Positions 28,248 to 37,449 of a DNA stretch of 57,220 nucleotides are shown piece after piece. The translations under genes were made by a program, and so were the position numbers. Origin of the DNA: Flavobacteriaceae bacterium UBA1115 (GTDB lineage Bacteria; Bacteroidota; Bacteroidia; Flavobacteriales; Flavobacteriaceae). The notes below the pieces were generated by a model. The model was given only the letters and a program-made list of their open reading frames with translations, did not search any database and was not told where the DNA came from. The first letter of the stretch is position 1, and the number at the start of each line of letters is the position of its first letter. The DNA lies in NCBI GenBank assembly GCA_002313325.1, contig DCBE01000019.1, positions 1 through 57,220 of the forward strand, written 5' to 3'.

Positions 28248-29593
28248 AATAAATGCAACACCAGTTCTTGAACGGTCGTTAGTCGAACAACCTCCAATCC
28301 TTTGGGTGAGGAGGTTACTTTTTGCGCCACTACCATACGCTCAAAGCCCAGTTTGACGGCTTCTTGCATACGCTGTTCCATTTTAGGGACGTTGCGCAAC
28401 TCACCTGAAAGCCCCACCTCGGCAGCAAACGTATAGCCCTTTGGAATGGCTAAATCCAAGCTACTGGACAGTATGGCAACCATTACTGCTAAGTCTAAGC
28501 CCGGGTCGTCGAGACGGATACCTCCAGCAAGGTTTAGAAATACATCCTTTGCACCTAGCTGAAAGCCGGCACGTTTTTCGAGTACGGCAAGTAGCATGTT
28601 TAGGCGTTTGTTGTCAAAGCCTGTACTGCTGCGCTGTGGTGTACCATAAACGGCAGAACTCACCAGCGCTTGCACTTCGATAAGCATGGGGCGGATGCCC
28701 TCTACCGTTGCGCCTATGGCATGACCGCTAAGGCCTGCACTTTCGGCAGAAATGAGTAGAGCACTTGGATTGGAAACGCCCAAAAGCCCTTCTTGCGCCA
28801 TTTTATAAATTCCGAGTTCGGCAGTGGTACCAAATCGGTTTTTATGCGCACGTAAAATGCGATACACATGATTGCGATCGCCTTCAAAGTGCAGCACGGT
28901 ATCGACCATGTGTTCCAAAACTTTGGGCCCTGCAATAGCCCCATCTTTGGTAATATGACCCACCAGAAAAACAGGTGTTTGGGTGTTTTTGGCAAATTGG
29001 ATCAGTTCGGCCGCACAGGCACGTATTTGCGGTACGCTGCCTGCGGTGCTGTCCAACACATTAGAATGTAGGGTTTGTATGGAGTCGATGACCACCAAGG
29101 TGGGTTTTAGCGTTCCCAAGTGGTGTAGAAGCGATTGGGTGTTGGTTTCGGTCAGTAAAAAACACTCGCTGGATTCTTCGCTTACGCGGGCACTGCGTAA
29201 TTTGATTTGCTGTTCGCTTTCCTCACCAGAGACATAAACTACCTTTCCCTTAACAGCAAGTGCTGCTTGTAACAATAAGGTAGATTTTCCAATGCCTGGT
29301 TCCCCGCCAACAAGCATCACAGAGCCAGGGACAATTCCCCCACCAAGTACACGGTCTAGTTCCACATCTCCAGATGATATCCGTGCGATGGCATCAACGG
29401 CAACGTCTTGAATACGTACGGGTTTTGCCTTTTGTGTGCTTCTGCTATCTTGCCACGTAGCCGTGGCTTTGGGTTTTTCTAGCACTTCTTCTTGAAGGGT
29501 GTTCCATGCCTTGCAGGAGCTGCATTGTCCTTGCCACTGGGCATGTTGATGACCACAGTTGGTACAGAAAAAAGCTTTTTTGACTTTTACCAT
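28244..29593 (-). CDS. radA: DNA repair protein RadA
   Basis: 449 aa with Zn finger CTNCGHQHAQWQGQCSSCKAW, Walker A GEPGIGKST, the KNRFG motif and a Lon-like C-terminal domain. Confidence 0.95.
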   Translation of the reverse strand: MVKVKKAFFCTNCGHQHAQWQGQCSSCKAWNTLQEEVLEKPKATATWQDSRSTQKAKPVRIQDVAVDAIARISSGDVELDRVLGGGIVPGSVMLVGGEPGIGKSTLLLQAALAVKGKVVYVSGEESEQQIKLRSARVSEESSECFLLTETNTQSLLHHLGTLKPTLVVIDSIQTLHSNVLDSTAGSVPQIRACAAELIQFAKNTQTPVFLVGHITKDGAIAGPKVLEHMVDTVLHFEGDRNHVYRILRAHKNRFGTTAELGIYKMAQEGLLGVSNPSALLISAESAGLSGHAIGATVEGIRPMLIEVQALVSSAVYGTPQRSSTGFDNKRLNMLLAVLEKRAGFQLGAKDVFLNLAGGIRLDDPGLDLAVMVAILSSSLDLAIPKGYTFAAEVGLSGELRNVPKMEQRMQEAVKLGFERMVVAQKVTSSPKGLEVVRLTTVQELVLHLF

Positions 29594-29609
29594 GAGGTGA
29601 AGCTAACTA

Positions 29610-30566
29610 TTATTTTTTGGACAAAACAGGCAGTAACAAAAAAGATAGACTACCAAAGATCACGACCATTGCGGTTTGCCCGGTCCACATCACCCAACCA
29701 AAAGCTAGCGCTTGTAGGTACGGAATATTAAAAGCCTGTAGCACCGCTGCCACAGCTATGGGGTATAAACCAATACCGCCATTGGTGGCAGACATAGCAA
29801 AACCACCGGCTAAAAATGCGGGAATTAAGGCCGAAAACGACAAACCGCTTGTTTCTGGCAAGGCTAAGGTAACCACCCAAAACATCATCAAATACATCGC
29901 CCAGATAAAAAGTGTATGGCCGACAAAAGCCCATTTGCCCTTGATTGCTCTAATGGAAAGCATGCCTTGCCACAAGCCTGTAAAAAAGCGTATAATTTTC
30001 ACAGCCAAAGCGTGCTGTGATTGTTTAAGATGGCGGGTGCCCAAGAAAAACACGGAAGCGGCAAGTACCATCCAGACAATCAACATGCCGTTTAAAGATG
30101 GATTGCCAATAACTTCTAGCAACAACTCCCCTTGCAAAACAAAGCCCAGTCCAATGAGCGAAAAGAGCATAACAAGGTCAATGATACGTTCGGTAACAAT
30201 GGTACCAAAGCTTTTTTCAAAAGGCACACCGACATAGGTAGTAAGGGCCGTTGCACGCAACACTTCTCCAGAACGTGGAATACCTAGATTCGAAAAATAC
30301 GAAATCATTACAATGAGTATTCGCATCATAAATGTGGGTCGATAGCCCAATGGGCGGAGTAAATAGCTCCAGCGATAAGCACGCGAAAGGTGGCTAAATG
30401 CCCCAAACACCAAGGATAAAAACACAAACCTTAAATCAGCTTGTTTGATGGATGCAATAATTTGGTGACGGTCTGCTTCAGAAGTATTGGCAAATGATAA
30501 GTAAACAAGGTATATGCCCAATCCCAGGGGGACAATATTTTTTAGAGTCTTTAAAAATTTGGACAT
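29610..30566 (-). CDS. flippase-like (lysylphosphatidylglycerol synthase TM region / UPF0104) membrane protein
   Basis: 318 aa, polytopic membrane protein. The N-terminal pattern LKNIVPLGLGIYLVYLSF and a basic loop after TM1 are typical of this family. Confidence 0.6.
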   Translation of the reverse strand: MSKFLKTLKNIVPLGLGIYLVYLSFANTSEADRHQIIASIKQADLRFVFLSLVFGAFSHLSRAYRWSYLLRPLGYRPTFMMRILIVMISYFSNLGIPRSGEVLRATALTTYVGVPFEKSFGTIVTERIIDLVMLFSLIGLGFVLQGELLLEVIGNPSLNGMLIVWMVLAASVFFLGTRHLKQSQHALAVKIIRFFTGLWQGMLSIRAIKGKWAFVGHTLFIWAMYLMMFWVVTLALPETSGLSFSALIPAFLAGGFAMSATNGGIGLYPIAVAAVLQAFNIPYLQALAFGWVMWTGQTAMVVIFGSLSFLLLPVLSKK

Positions 30567-30571
30567 GACAG

Positions 30572-30922
30572 TTAAACGAGGGTGTTGGTCGCTGCGTCAG
30601 GGAAAATAAGCGTAGGGCGAAAGGCTTTAGCTGCGTCAACGCTCATGCTTGCATAGCTGATGATGAGGATGACATCGCCTTTTTGAACCTTACGTGCAGC
30701 GGGACCGTTTAGTGTAATTTCACCTGTATTTTTCGCACCTTCAATGACATAGGTTTCTAAGCGCTCGCCATTGTTTACATTGACCACTTGTACTTTCTCA
30801 CCTGCCACAATACTGGCGGCATCCATTAATGCACGGTCAATGGTAATACTGCCGATATAATCAAGTTCAGCCCCCGTAACGGTTACGCGGTGGATTTTAG
30901 ATTTTAAAACCTCAATTGTCAT
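30572..30922 (-). CDS. panD: aspartate 1-decarboxylase
   Basis: 116 aa with [23 protein letters not shown], which contains the Gly-Ser self-cleavage site. Confidence 0.95.
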   Translation of the reverse strand: MTIEVLKSKIHRVTVTGAELDYIGSITIDRALMDAASIVAGEKVQVVNVNNGERLETYVIEGAKNTGEITLNGPAARKVQKGDVILIISYASMSVDAAKAFRPTLIFPDAATNTLV

Positions 30923-30935
30923 GGGACAAATGTAC

Positions 30936-31772
30936 TTATTTTAATGCGATATTGTCAATAAGTCTCACCCCTGCTATAGATGCGGCTACAAACAGCCTTG
31001 GCTTGTTGGCAGTAGCCAATTCTTTAACTTCTTTTAGGCTGTCTTCTTCGGCACAAAGTACATAGTATAAATCAAAATTTGGGTGTACTTCAAATGCCTG
31101 CTTAATGGTGCTGTAAACATCGGCTTTATCTAGACAGTTGTTTTTACAATGCAGCATGGCCTCATAAATAAATCCCGCTTCTTCTCTTTGTTTTGGCGCT
31201 AGTTGCGCATTTCTTGAACTTAAGGCTAGCCCGTTGGCCTCGCGCACAATGGGGCAGGGTACGATGCTGGTTGGGATCTGCTGTTCCTTGGCCCATTTTT
31301 TTATGAGTTGCAGTTGCTGAAAGTCTTTTTCCCCAAAATAAGCCCGATGAGGCTGTAGGGTTTTAAAAAGTTTAGCAATTATGGTTATAACCCCGTCAAA
31401 GTGTCCAGGCCGATCGGCTCCTTCCATTGACTTATCGAGGCCGTCAAACGTTTGCGTTATGGCCAACAAGCCCTTGGGATACATGTCGGATGCGGTGGGC
31501 GCAAAAATATTAATGTCTGGACTTATTTCATGTATGGCAGCTACGTCTTCAGCAAGGCTATTAGGATACTTGTCTAAGTCGTCTTTTTTATCAAATTGCG
31601 TAGGGTTAACAAATATGGTTACCCATACCACTTCATTATTGTGTTTTGCTTTTTTGATTAGCGACAGATGGCCTTGGTGTAAAGCACCCATGGTGGGTAC
31701 TACGCCTAGCGCATTTCCTTTATAACTACTTCTCGCAGAATTCAGTGCTTTTAACGTTTGGTAAAGCGGCAT
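30936..31772 (-). CDS. panC: pantoate--beta-alanine ligase
   Basis: The ORF 30936..31832 has [14 protein letters not shown] (HIGH-like) motifs. ATG 31772 ([10 protein letters not shown]) is preferred because the longer start overlaps the divergent promoter. Confidence 0.9.
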   Translation of the reverse strand: MPLYQTLKALNSARSSYKGNALGVVPTMGALHQGHLSLIKKAKHNNEVVWVTIFVNPTQFDKKDDLDKYPNSLAEDVAAIHEISPDINIFAPTASDMYPKGLLAITQTFDGLDKSMEGADRPGHFDGVITIIAKLFKTLQPHRAYFGEKDFQQLQLIKKWAKEQQIPTSIVPCPIVREANGLALSSRNAQLAPKQREEAGFIYEAMLHCKNNCLDKADVYSTIKQAFEVHPNFDLYYVLCAEEDSLKEVKELATANKPRLFVAASIAGVRLIDNIALK

Positions 31773-31820
31773 GTACTCAGGTATCCTATTGAATTGGCAC
31801 AAAAGTCGGTTAAATTTTAG

Positions 31821-31828
31821 TAATTTTG
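31821..31828 (+). promoter_or_regulatory. -7 box TAATTTTG upstream of the glycogen-synthase-like gene
   Basis: Exact TAnnTTTG match 31 nt upstream of ATG 31860. Confidence 0.35.
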
Positions 31829-31859
31829 TCATTTAACACGAAAAACGCTTCTTTCCCAC

Positions 31860-32663
31860 ATGAAAGACAAAAAGATATTATACATATCATCTGAAGTCGT
31901 TCCTTATTTACCACATGGCGAATTGTCGAATTTAGGTTTTGAAATTCCAAAAATGGTAAACGATCGTGGCGGTCATACGCGTATTTTTATTCCAAAGTAT
32001 GGACTTATCAACGAGCGACGGCACCAGCTACACGAAGTAATTCGTCTCTCTGGAATGAATTTGGTTATCAACGACATAGACATGCCCTTGATAATTAAAG
32101 TTGCTTCCATTCCAAGGGAGCGTATGCAGGTGTATTTTATTGATAACGATGATTACTTCAAAGGGCGCGGCTTGCACTCGGAAGACGACGGCAGTCTGTA
32201 TACTGACAACGACGAACGCGCTATTTTCTTTGCCAAAGGGGTAATAGAAACGGTTAAAAAATTAAACTGGTCTCCAGACATTATCCATGTTCAGGGATGG
32301 ATAGCTGCTCTTGTACCGCTTTACTGTAAATTGTATTATAAAGACGAGCCTTTGTTGGCCAGCACCATAATTGTGACCTCTTTCTACGAAGCACCATTCT
32401 CAAGTGACCTCAGTTGCGATATGTTTTCAAAAATTGCTTTTGATGGTATTGATGCCGAACACATGGAAACATTAAAAAAAGGAACACTTGACAATATGTT
32501 CGCAAATGCTGCCCAGCACTCTGATGGTATCATTCTTGCAAGTGAATCCGTAAGTGATGCGGTCAAGAAAGCGGTTCGCAACAGCACAAAACCTGTGTTG
32601 GACCTAAGCAAAGAATCAGATCCTTTAACTGCCCACGAAACCTTTTACCAGACTGATTTTTAA
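31860..32663 (+). CDS. short glycogen/starch-synthase-like protein (N-terminal GT5 domain only)
   Basis: 267 aa. KILYISSEVVPYLPHGELS and IHVQGWIAALVP resemble the N-terminal Rossmann half of GlgA. No C-terminal catalytic half is encoded. Confidence 0.65.
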   Translation: MKDKKILYISSEVVPYLPHGELSNLGFEIPKMVNDRGGHTRIFIPKYGLINERRHQLHEVIRLSGMNLVINDIDMPLIIKVASIPRERMQVYFIDNDDYFKGRGLHSEDDGSLYTDNDERAIFFAKGVIETVKKLNWSPDIIHVQGWIAALVPLYCKLYYKDEPLLASTIIVTSFYEAPFSSDLSCDMFSKIAFDGIDAEHMETLKKGTLDNMFANAAQHSDGIILASESVSDAVKKAVRNSTKPVLDLSKESDPLTAHETFYQTDF

Positions 32664-32670
32664 TCACACC

Positions 32671-34392
32671 ATGATAAAAAAACGTACCCTACTATTCACA
32701 CTTGTGCTGCTTATAGCCTCCTGTGAAAAAAAATTCAATTACATTGGCGCAGAAGCCCTGCCCACAAATCCGTTTGTTGGAAAAAAAGTCTATTATCCTG
32801 TTGGTGTCAAACACGCTCTAGTAGATGTTGTCCAAACCAACAATACCAGCCCCATGCAACTAGGGGTACGGGAAGATAAATTATTTGGAAATACGGCTGC
32901 TACCATTGTTTCACAACTAAATTTAAGTCAATACGCACCAAGTTTTGGCGCACTTTCAGCTCAAAGTGAAATTGACGATAGTTTTGATGAGTCTGAAATG
33001 GTGAACGATGTCTGGCTTGAAATCCCTTTTTTCACCAGCCAGACTGACGCAGACGGCGATGGCTTGATTGATATTTATGATATTGATGACACAGATCCAA
33101 ACAGTGATTCTGACGGCGATGGCGTAAGTGACATTGATGAAAAAAATAACGGAACAGACCCCACCAATCCCGATACAGATGGCGATGGAATACAAGACGG
33201 AGAAGACACTGAAACAGTTAACCCCAACCCAGATAAAAGACTTTATGATATAGACTCCTTGTTTGGAGATAGAGAAGCATCTTTTGATATTGAAATACAT
33301 AAACTCAATTATTTTCTACGCCAACTGGATCCTAACCAAAACTTTGAGCAAGGGCAAATTTATTACTCTGATTTTTCCTCAAGCATACACCAAGACCAGC
33401 TTCTGGCAAATGAAAATATCACCCTTGACTTTAATGAAATTGTTAAGGACAGTGCCGATAATTTATCTCCACGCATTCGTGTTCCCCTCAACAAGCAAAT
33501 TTTTCAACAGCTTATTTTAGATAAAGAAGGCGATTCAGCGCTTGCTAGCTCAGAAGACTGGCGCGATTTTTTCCGTTCCATTTCAATTGAAACAAGCAAC
33601 TTTAGCAGCCCGCTACTTATGCTATTGGATACCAACAGTATGGTCATACGCATTGATTATACCTTCAAATCAGAAGATGCCAACTCCGACACAGCTGAAA
33701 TAGAAGACAAGACAGACGAGTTTTTAATAAATACACTTGGCAGCATACGCTTTAATACACTCACAAAAACAACTACCGCAGCTGCTGAGTTAAATGATAT
33801 TGTGAGTGCTACGTTGCCTGACCAAATTGCCCTAAGCGGTGGATTGGGAATGGTTGCCGACATACAATTGTTTGAAGATAACGATGTTCTTGAAGATCTT
33901 AAAGGCAGACCGTGGTTGTTAAACGAAGCTAACCTCACATTCCATGTAGACAAGCAAGCCGTTAATTTTTATGGACATACACTCCCAAACCGCTTGTACC
34001 TTTACAATGCCAACACCCTTGCCCCTATCATTGACTTTGCTCAAGACGGAGTGGCAACCCACTCCATGGCTAAAATTGTTTATGGCGGCTTTTTGACTAA
34101 TGAAGAAGAAGGCGACAAACAGTATTACAAAGTTAGAATAACCGACTACCTTAAAAATATCATTTCCAATGACTCTATCAATGCTCCGCTGAGAGTTGCG
34201 CTAACCAATGTGTTGCCCAATCAAACCGAAGTACCCATGGCCAAGGTCAATGCCGCAGAAGTGCGTAAAATACCAGCGGGATCTGTAACGACTCCAAAGC
34301 CGGGTGTTTTTGTTGGCCCTAATCCTTCAAACCCTGATCTTCTGGATTTGAAATTGCAGTTAGAAATTTTCTACACCGAGATCAATCAGTAA
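32671..34392 (+). CDS. DUF4270-family lipoprotein with inserted calcium-binding (TSP type-3-like) repeats
   Basis: 573 aa with lipobox LLIASC. The position downstream of the short glgA-like gene matches the flavobacterial synteny I recall for DUF4270. Confidence 0.55.
   Translation: MIKKRTLLFTLVLLIASCEKKFNYIGAEALPTNPFVGKKVYYPVGVKHALVDVVQTNNTSPMQLGVREDKLFGNTAATIVSQLNLSQYAPSFGALSAQSEIDDSFDESEMVNDVWLEIPFFTSQTDADGDGLIDIYDIDDTDPNSDSDGDGVSDIDEKNNGTDPTNPDTDGDGIQDGEDTETVNPNPDKRLYDIDSLFGDREASFDIEIHKLNYFLRQLDPNQNFEQGQIYYSDFSSSIHQDQLLANENITLDFNEIVKDSADNLSPRIRVPLNKQIFQQLILDKEGDSALASSEDWRDFFRSISIETSNFSSPLLMLLDTNSMVIRIDYTFKSEDANSDTAEIEDKTDEFLINTLGSIRFNTLTKTTTAAAELNDIVSATLPDQIALSGGLGMVADIQLFEDNDVLEDLKGRPWLLNEANLTFHVDKQAVNFYGHTLPNRLYLYNANTLAPIIDFAQDGVATHSMAKIVYGGFLTNEEEGDKQYYKVRITDYLKNIISNDSINAPLRVALTNVLPNQTEVPMAKVNAAEVRKIPAGSVTTPKPGVFVGPNPSNPDLLDLKLQLEIFYTEINQ
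33043..33231 (+). repeat. three D-x-D-G-D-G-x-x-D repeats (thrombospondin type-3-like Ca-binding) within the DUF4270 CDS
   Basis: TDADGDGLIDIYDIDDTDPNSDSDGDGVSDIDEKNNGTDPTNPDTDGDGIQDGEDTE. At DNA level gacggcgatggc/gatggcgatgga recurs. Confidence 0.8.
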
Positions 34393-34517
34393 AAGGAGCA
34401 AGTGGTTAAGGGGCACTAATTTGTTGCTTATTTGTAACTTTTTTTAGGCTGGTTTTATGTGCTTTTTGGTATTGGTTTTCCGGCGGTTAGTTGGATGGAA
34501 TACCGCAATAAAAAAAC

Positions 34518-35966
34518 TCATAACTCCTTCCGAAGCCGCGCCACAGGAGCGCCGATCATTTCACGGTATTTGGCAACGGTCCGCCTAGCAATCGGATAGC
34601 CTTTATCATTCATGATTTTCATCAATTGCTCGTCTGTAAGGGGACTTGATTTTTCTTCTGCATCAATAACGTCTCCCAATACTTTTTTCACTTCAATAGT
34701 GGAAATATCTTCTCCAGCCGAATTAGTAATACTTTCGGAGAAAAACCACTTTACCAGCTTAGTGCCATAAGGGGTATCGACATATTTGCTGTTGGCAACT
34801 CGTGATACCGTAGAAATATCCATGCCAATGCGGTCTGCAATATCCTTCAGTATCATGGGTTTGAGTTTTTGCTCACTTCCAGTTAGGAAGTATTCTTCTT
34901 GAAAATCCATGATGGTTTTCATGGTTTGGTGCAGGGTATTTTGGCGCTGCTTGATGGCATCAATAAACCAGCGTGCTGCATCTAGCTTTTGCTTGATAAA
35001 CTGTACGGCTTTTTGCTGTTCTTTATTTTTTTTTGTGGCTTCTTTGTAGCCAGACAACATATTGCGGTATTCGGAAGAAACATGGATCTCAGGGGCATTT
35101 CGGCCATTTAGCATCAGGTTTAATTGCCCGTCTATAATTTGAATGGTAAAGTCAGGGACTATATGCGCATTTATTTTGGTGTTGCTGCCATAGGTTGCGC
35201 CAGGTTTTGGGTTTAGCTTTTCTATTTCCGACATGGCTGCCTTTAGGGCTTCATCCCCGATGTTTAGGCGTTGCTTTATTTTGCTAAAGTGTTTTTTACT
35301 AAAGGCATCAAAAAGGTCTTTGATAAGCAAGATAGCATGGTCAACGGCTGTGCTTTGTGCTTTTCGGTTGAGCTGAATCAACAAGCAATCTTGTAAATTA
35401 AGTGCGCCAACACCAGGCGGATCAAGATGTTGTACATCATCCATTATTTTTCGCACCGATTCTTCGTTGGTGTAGATGTTTTCGGTAAACGCCAAGTCAT
35501 CAACAATATCAATCAGTTCACGCCTGATGTAGCCACTGCTGTCAATGCTGCCAACCAAAAAAGCAGCAATGCGGTATTCTTCCTCATTAAAAGTAAAGGT
35601 GTCTAGCTGTGCCATGAGCTGTTGGTGAAAACTGATACCTGCGGCATAGGGCACATGTTTTTCTTCGTCGTCCGCACTGTAGTTTTGACTGCGTAAGCGG
35701 TATTCTGGTATTTCATCATCGCTTAAGTAGGCGTCAATATCAATGTCATCGGCTTCAATCACATCGCCACGATCTTCTTCGGAATTGCTAAACTCGTCTT
35801 GGTTGTCTTCTTTTTCTTTTCCAGAAACCAATGCAGGGTTTTCCTCAATTTCTCGTAGTATCTGTTGCTCAAAAGACTGTATGGGCAACTGTATCAACTT
35901 CATGAGTTGAATTTGCTGTGGCGATAGCTTTTGCGAAAGCTTAAATTGAAGATGTTGTTTTAGCAT
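34518..35966 (-). CDS. rpoN: RNA polymerase sigma-54 factor
   Basis: 482 aa with N-terminal LKQHLQFKLSQKLSPQQIQLMKL, an acidic region II, HTH and the RpoN box ARRTVAKYR. Confidence 0.95.
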   Translation of the reverse strand: MLKQHLQFKLSQKLSPQQIQLMKLIQLPIQSFEQQILREIEENPALVSGKEKEDNQDEFSNSEEDRGDVIEADDIDIDAYLSDDEIPEYRLRSQNYSADDEEKHVPYAAGISFHQQLMAQLDTFTFNEEEYRIAAFLVGSIDSSGYIRRELIDIVDDLAFTENIYTNEESVRKIMDDVQHLDPPGVGALNLQDCLLIQLNRKAQSTAVDHAILLIKDLFDAFSKKHFSKIKQRLNIGDEALKAAMSEIEKLNPKPGATYGSNTKINAHIVPDFTIQIIDGQLNLMLNGRNAPEIHVSSEYRNMLSGYKEATKKNKEQQKAVQFIKQKLDAARWFIDAIKQRQNTLHQTMKTIMDFQEEYFLTGSEQKLKPMILKDIADRIGMDISTVSRVANSKYVDTPYGTKLVKWFFSESITNSAGEDISTIEVKKVLGDVIDAEEKSSPLTDEQLMKIMNDKGYPIARRTVAKYREMIGAPVARLRKEL

Positions 35967-36014
35967 GAATTATGTTTGGGTATTTAAATGTACGAAAAAC
36001 CCACGCATTTTTCC

Positions 36015-37415
36015 CTAAAACTCGGCACTTAAGGGCGTTCTTGGATAGGGAATTACATCTCTGATGTTTGACATCCCCGTTGCGTAAAGTACCAAACGCT
36101 CAAACCCAAGACCAAACCCGGCGTGTTCGGCAGTTCCAAAACGCCGTAAGTCTGTATACCACCAAAGTTCTTTTTCGTGTATATCCATGGCTTTCATGCG
36201 TTCAACAAGCTTGTCTAAACGCTCTTCACGCTGCGAGCCGCCTACTATTTCACCAACACCTGGGAACAATACGTCCATGGCACGAACCGTTTTACCGTCG
36301 TCGTTCATGCGCATGTAAAAGGCTTTTATTTCCGCTGGATAGTCAAAGATTATTACTGGACAGGTGAAGTGTTTTTCTACCAGATAGCGTTCGTGTTCGC
36401 TTTGCAAGTCGATGCCCCAACCGTCTACGGAATATTTGAATTTCTTCTTTTTGTTGGGTTTGGAGTTTCTTAGGATGTCAACAGCTTCAGTATAGGATAC
36501 TCTTTTGAATTCGTTTTGTGTGACAAACTGAAGCCTTTCCAAAAGCCCCATAGAACTGCGTTCTATTTGCGGTTTTTTGGCTTCTTCTTGTGCAAACCTT
36601 TGGTTTAAAAAGCTCAGGTCTTCTTTGCAGTGTTCTAGGACATATGCCAAAACCGACTTGATAAAGTCTTCGGCCAAATCCATATTGTCGTTTAAATCGC
36701 TAAAAGCCACTTCTGGCTCAATCATCCAAAATTCAGCCAAGTGGCGTGAGGTATTGGAGTTTTCTGCACGGAAAGTAGGACCAAAAGTATATACCTTTCC
36801 TAGTCCCATGGCATAGGTTTCTGCTTCGAGCTGACCCGAAACGGTTAGGTTGGTTTCCTTCCCAAAAAAATCAGGCTTGTCATCTGCTTGCTCTGGGTTT
36901 TTGGTGGTGACCCGAAACATTTCGCCTGCACCTTCAGCATCACTTCCCGTAATGATGGGTGTGTGCACTTGATAGAAACCATTCTGAGTAAAATATTGAT
37001 GCACGGCAAACGACAGCGTCGCACGCACACGCATAACTGCAGCAAATGTGTTGGTACGTATGCGTAGATGCGCTTTTTCTCTCAAGAATTCTAGCGAGTG
37101 TTTTTTGGGTTGTATTGGATATTCATCTGGATTGGAAGTGCCTAGAATGATAACGTTACGTGCTCGAATCTCAAATTTTTGACCTTTCCCTTGGCTTTCG
37201 ACCAAGTTGCCCGTAATTTCAACTGCCGCACCCGTATTTATTTCCGCCAGCACGTCTTCTGGAATTTGCTCAAAATCCACAACACACTGCATATTGGCAA
37301 GACAAGAGCCATCGTTGAGGGCAATAAATCGGTTAGCGCGAAAGGTGCGTACCCAACCACGAACGCATACCTCTTGATTGGGTTCATCTCCTAAAAAAAG
37401 CTGGCGAATATTCAT
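36015..37415 (-). CDS. asnS: asparagine--tRNA ligase
   Basis: 466 aa with an OB anticodon-binding domain and class IIb motifs FRAENS and GFGLGFERL. Confidence 0.95.
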   Translation of the reverse strand: MNIRQLFLGDEPNQEVCVRGWVRTFRANRFIALNDGSCLANMQCVVDFEQIPEDVLAEINTGAAVEITGNLVESQGKGQKFEIRARNVIILGTSNPDEYPIQPKKHSLEFLREKAHLRIRTNTFAAVMRVRATLSFAVHQYFTQNGFYQVHTPIITGSDAEGAGEMFRVTTKNPEQADDKPDFFGKETNLTVSGQLEAETYAMGLGKVYTFGPTFRAENSNTSRHLAEFWMIEPEVAFSDLNDNMDLAEDFIKSVLAYVLEHCKEDLSFLNQRFAQEEAKKPQIERSSMGLLERLQFVTQNEFKRVSYTEAVDILRNSKPNKKKKFKYSVDGWGIDLQSEHERYLVEKHFTCPVIIFDYPAEIKAFYMRMNDDGKTVRAMDVLFPGVGEIVGGSQREERLDKLVERMKAMDIHEKELWWYTDLRRFGTAEHAGFGLGFERLVLYATGMSNIRDVIPYPRTPLSAEF

Positions 37416-37449
37416 ATAGTGTTTTAAAACAGTAACAAATATAGCGCAA

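Noticed and set aside
29617-30237. A 206-aa plus-strand ORF antisense to the flippase-like membrane protein gene.
   Set aside because: It is fully contained in a better-supported minus-strand CDS. Its composition (Lys/Pro/Thr/Ala-rich, no motifs) is typical of the reverse frame of a hydrophobic protein gene.
34468-34504. A GGTATT...AATACC inverted repeat between the convergent DUF4270 and rpoN genes, considered as a bidirectional terminator.
   Set aside because: The stem is 6 bp with a 25-nt loop. The T-run lies upstream and the A-run downstream on the plus strand, which is the wrong arrangement for termination in either direction.
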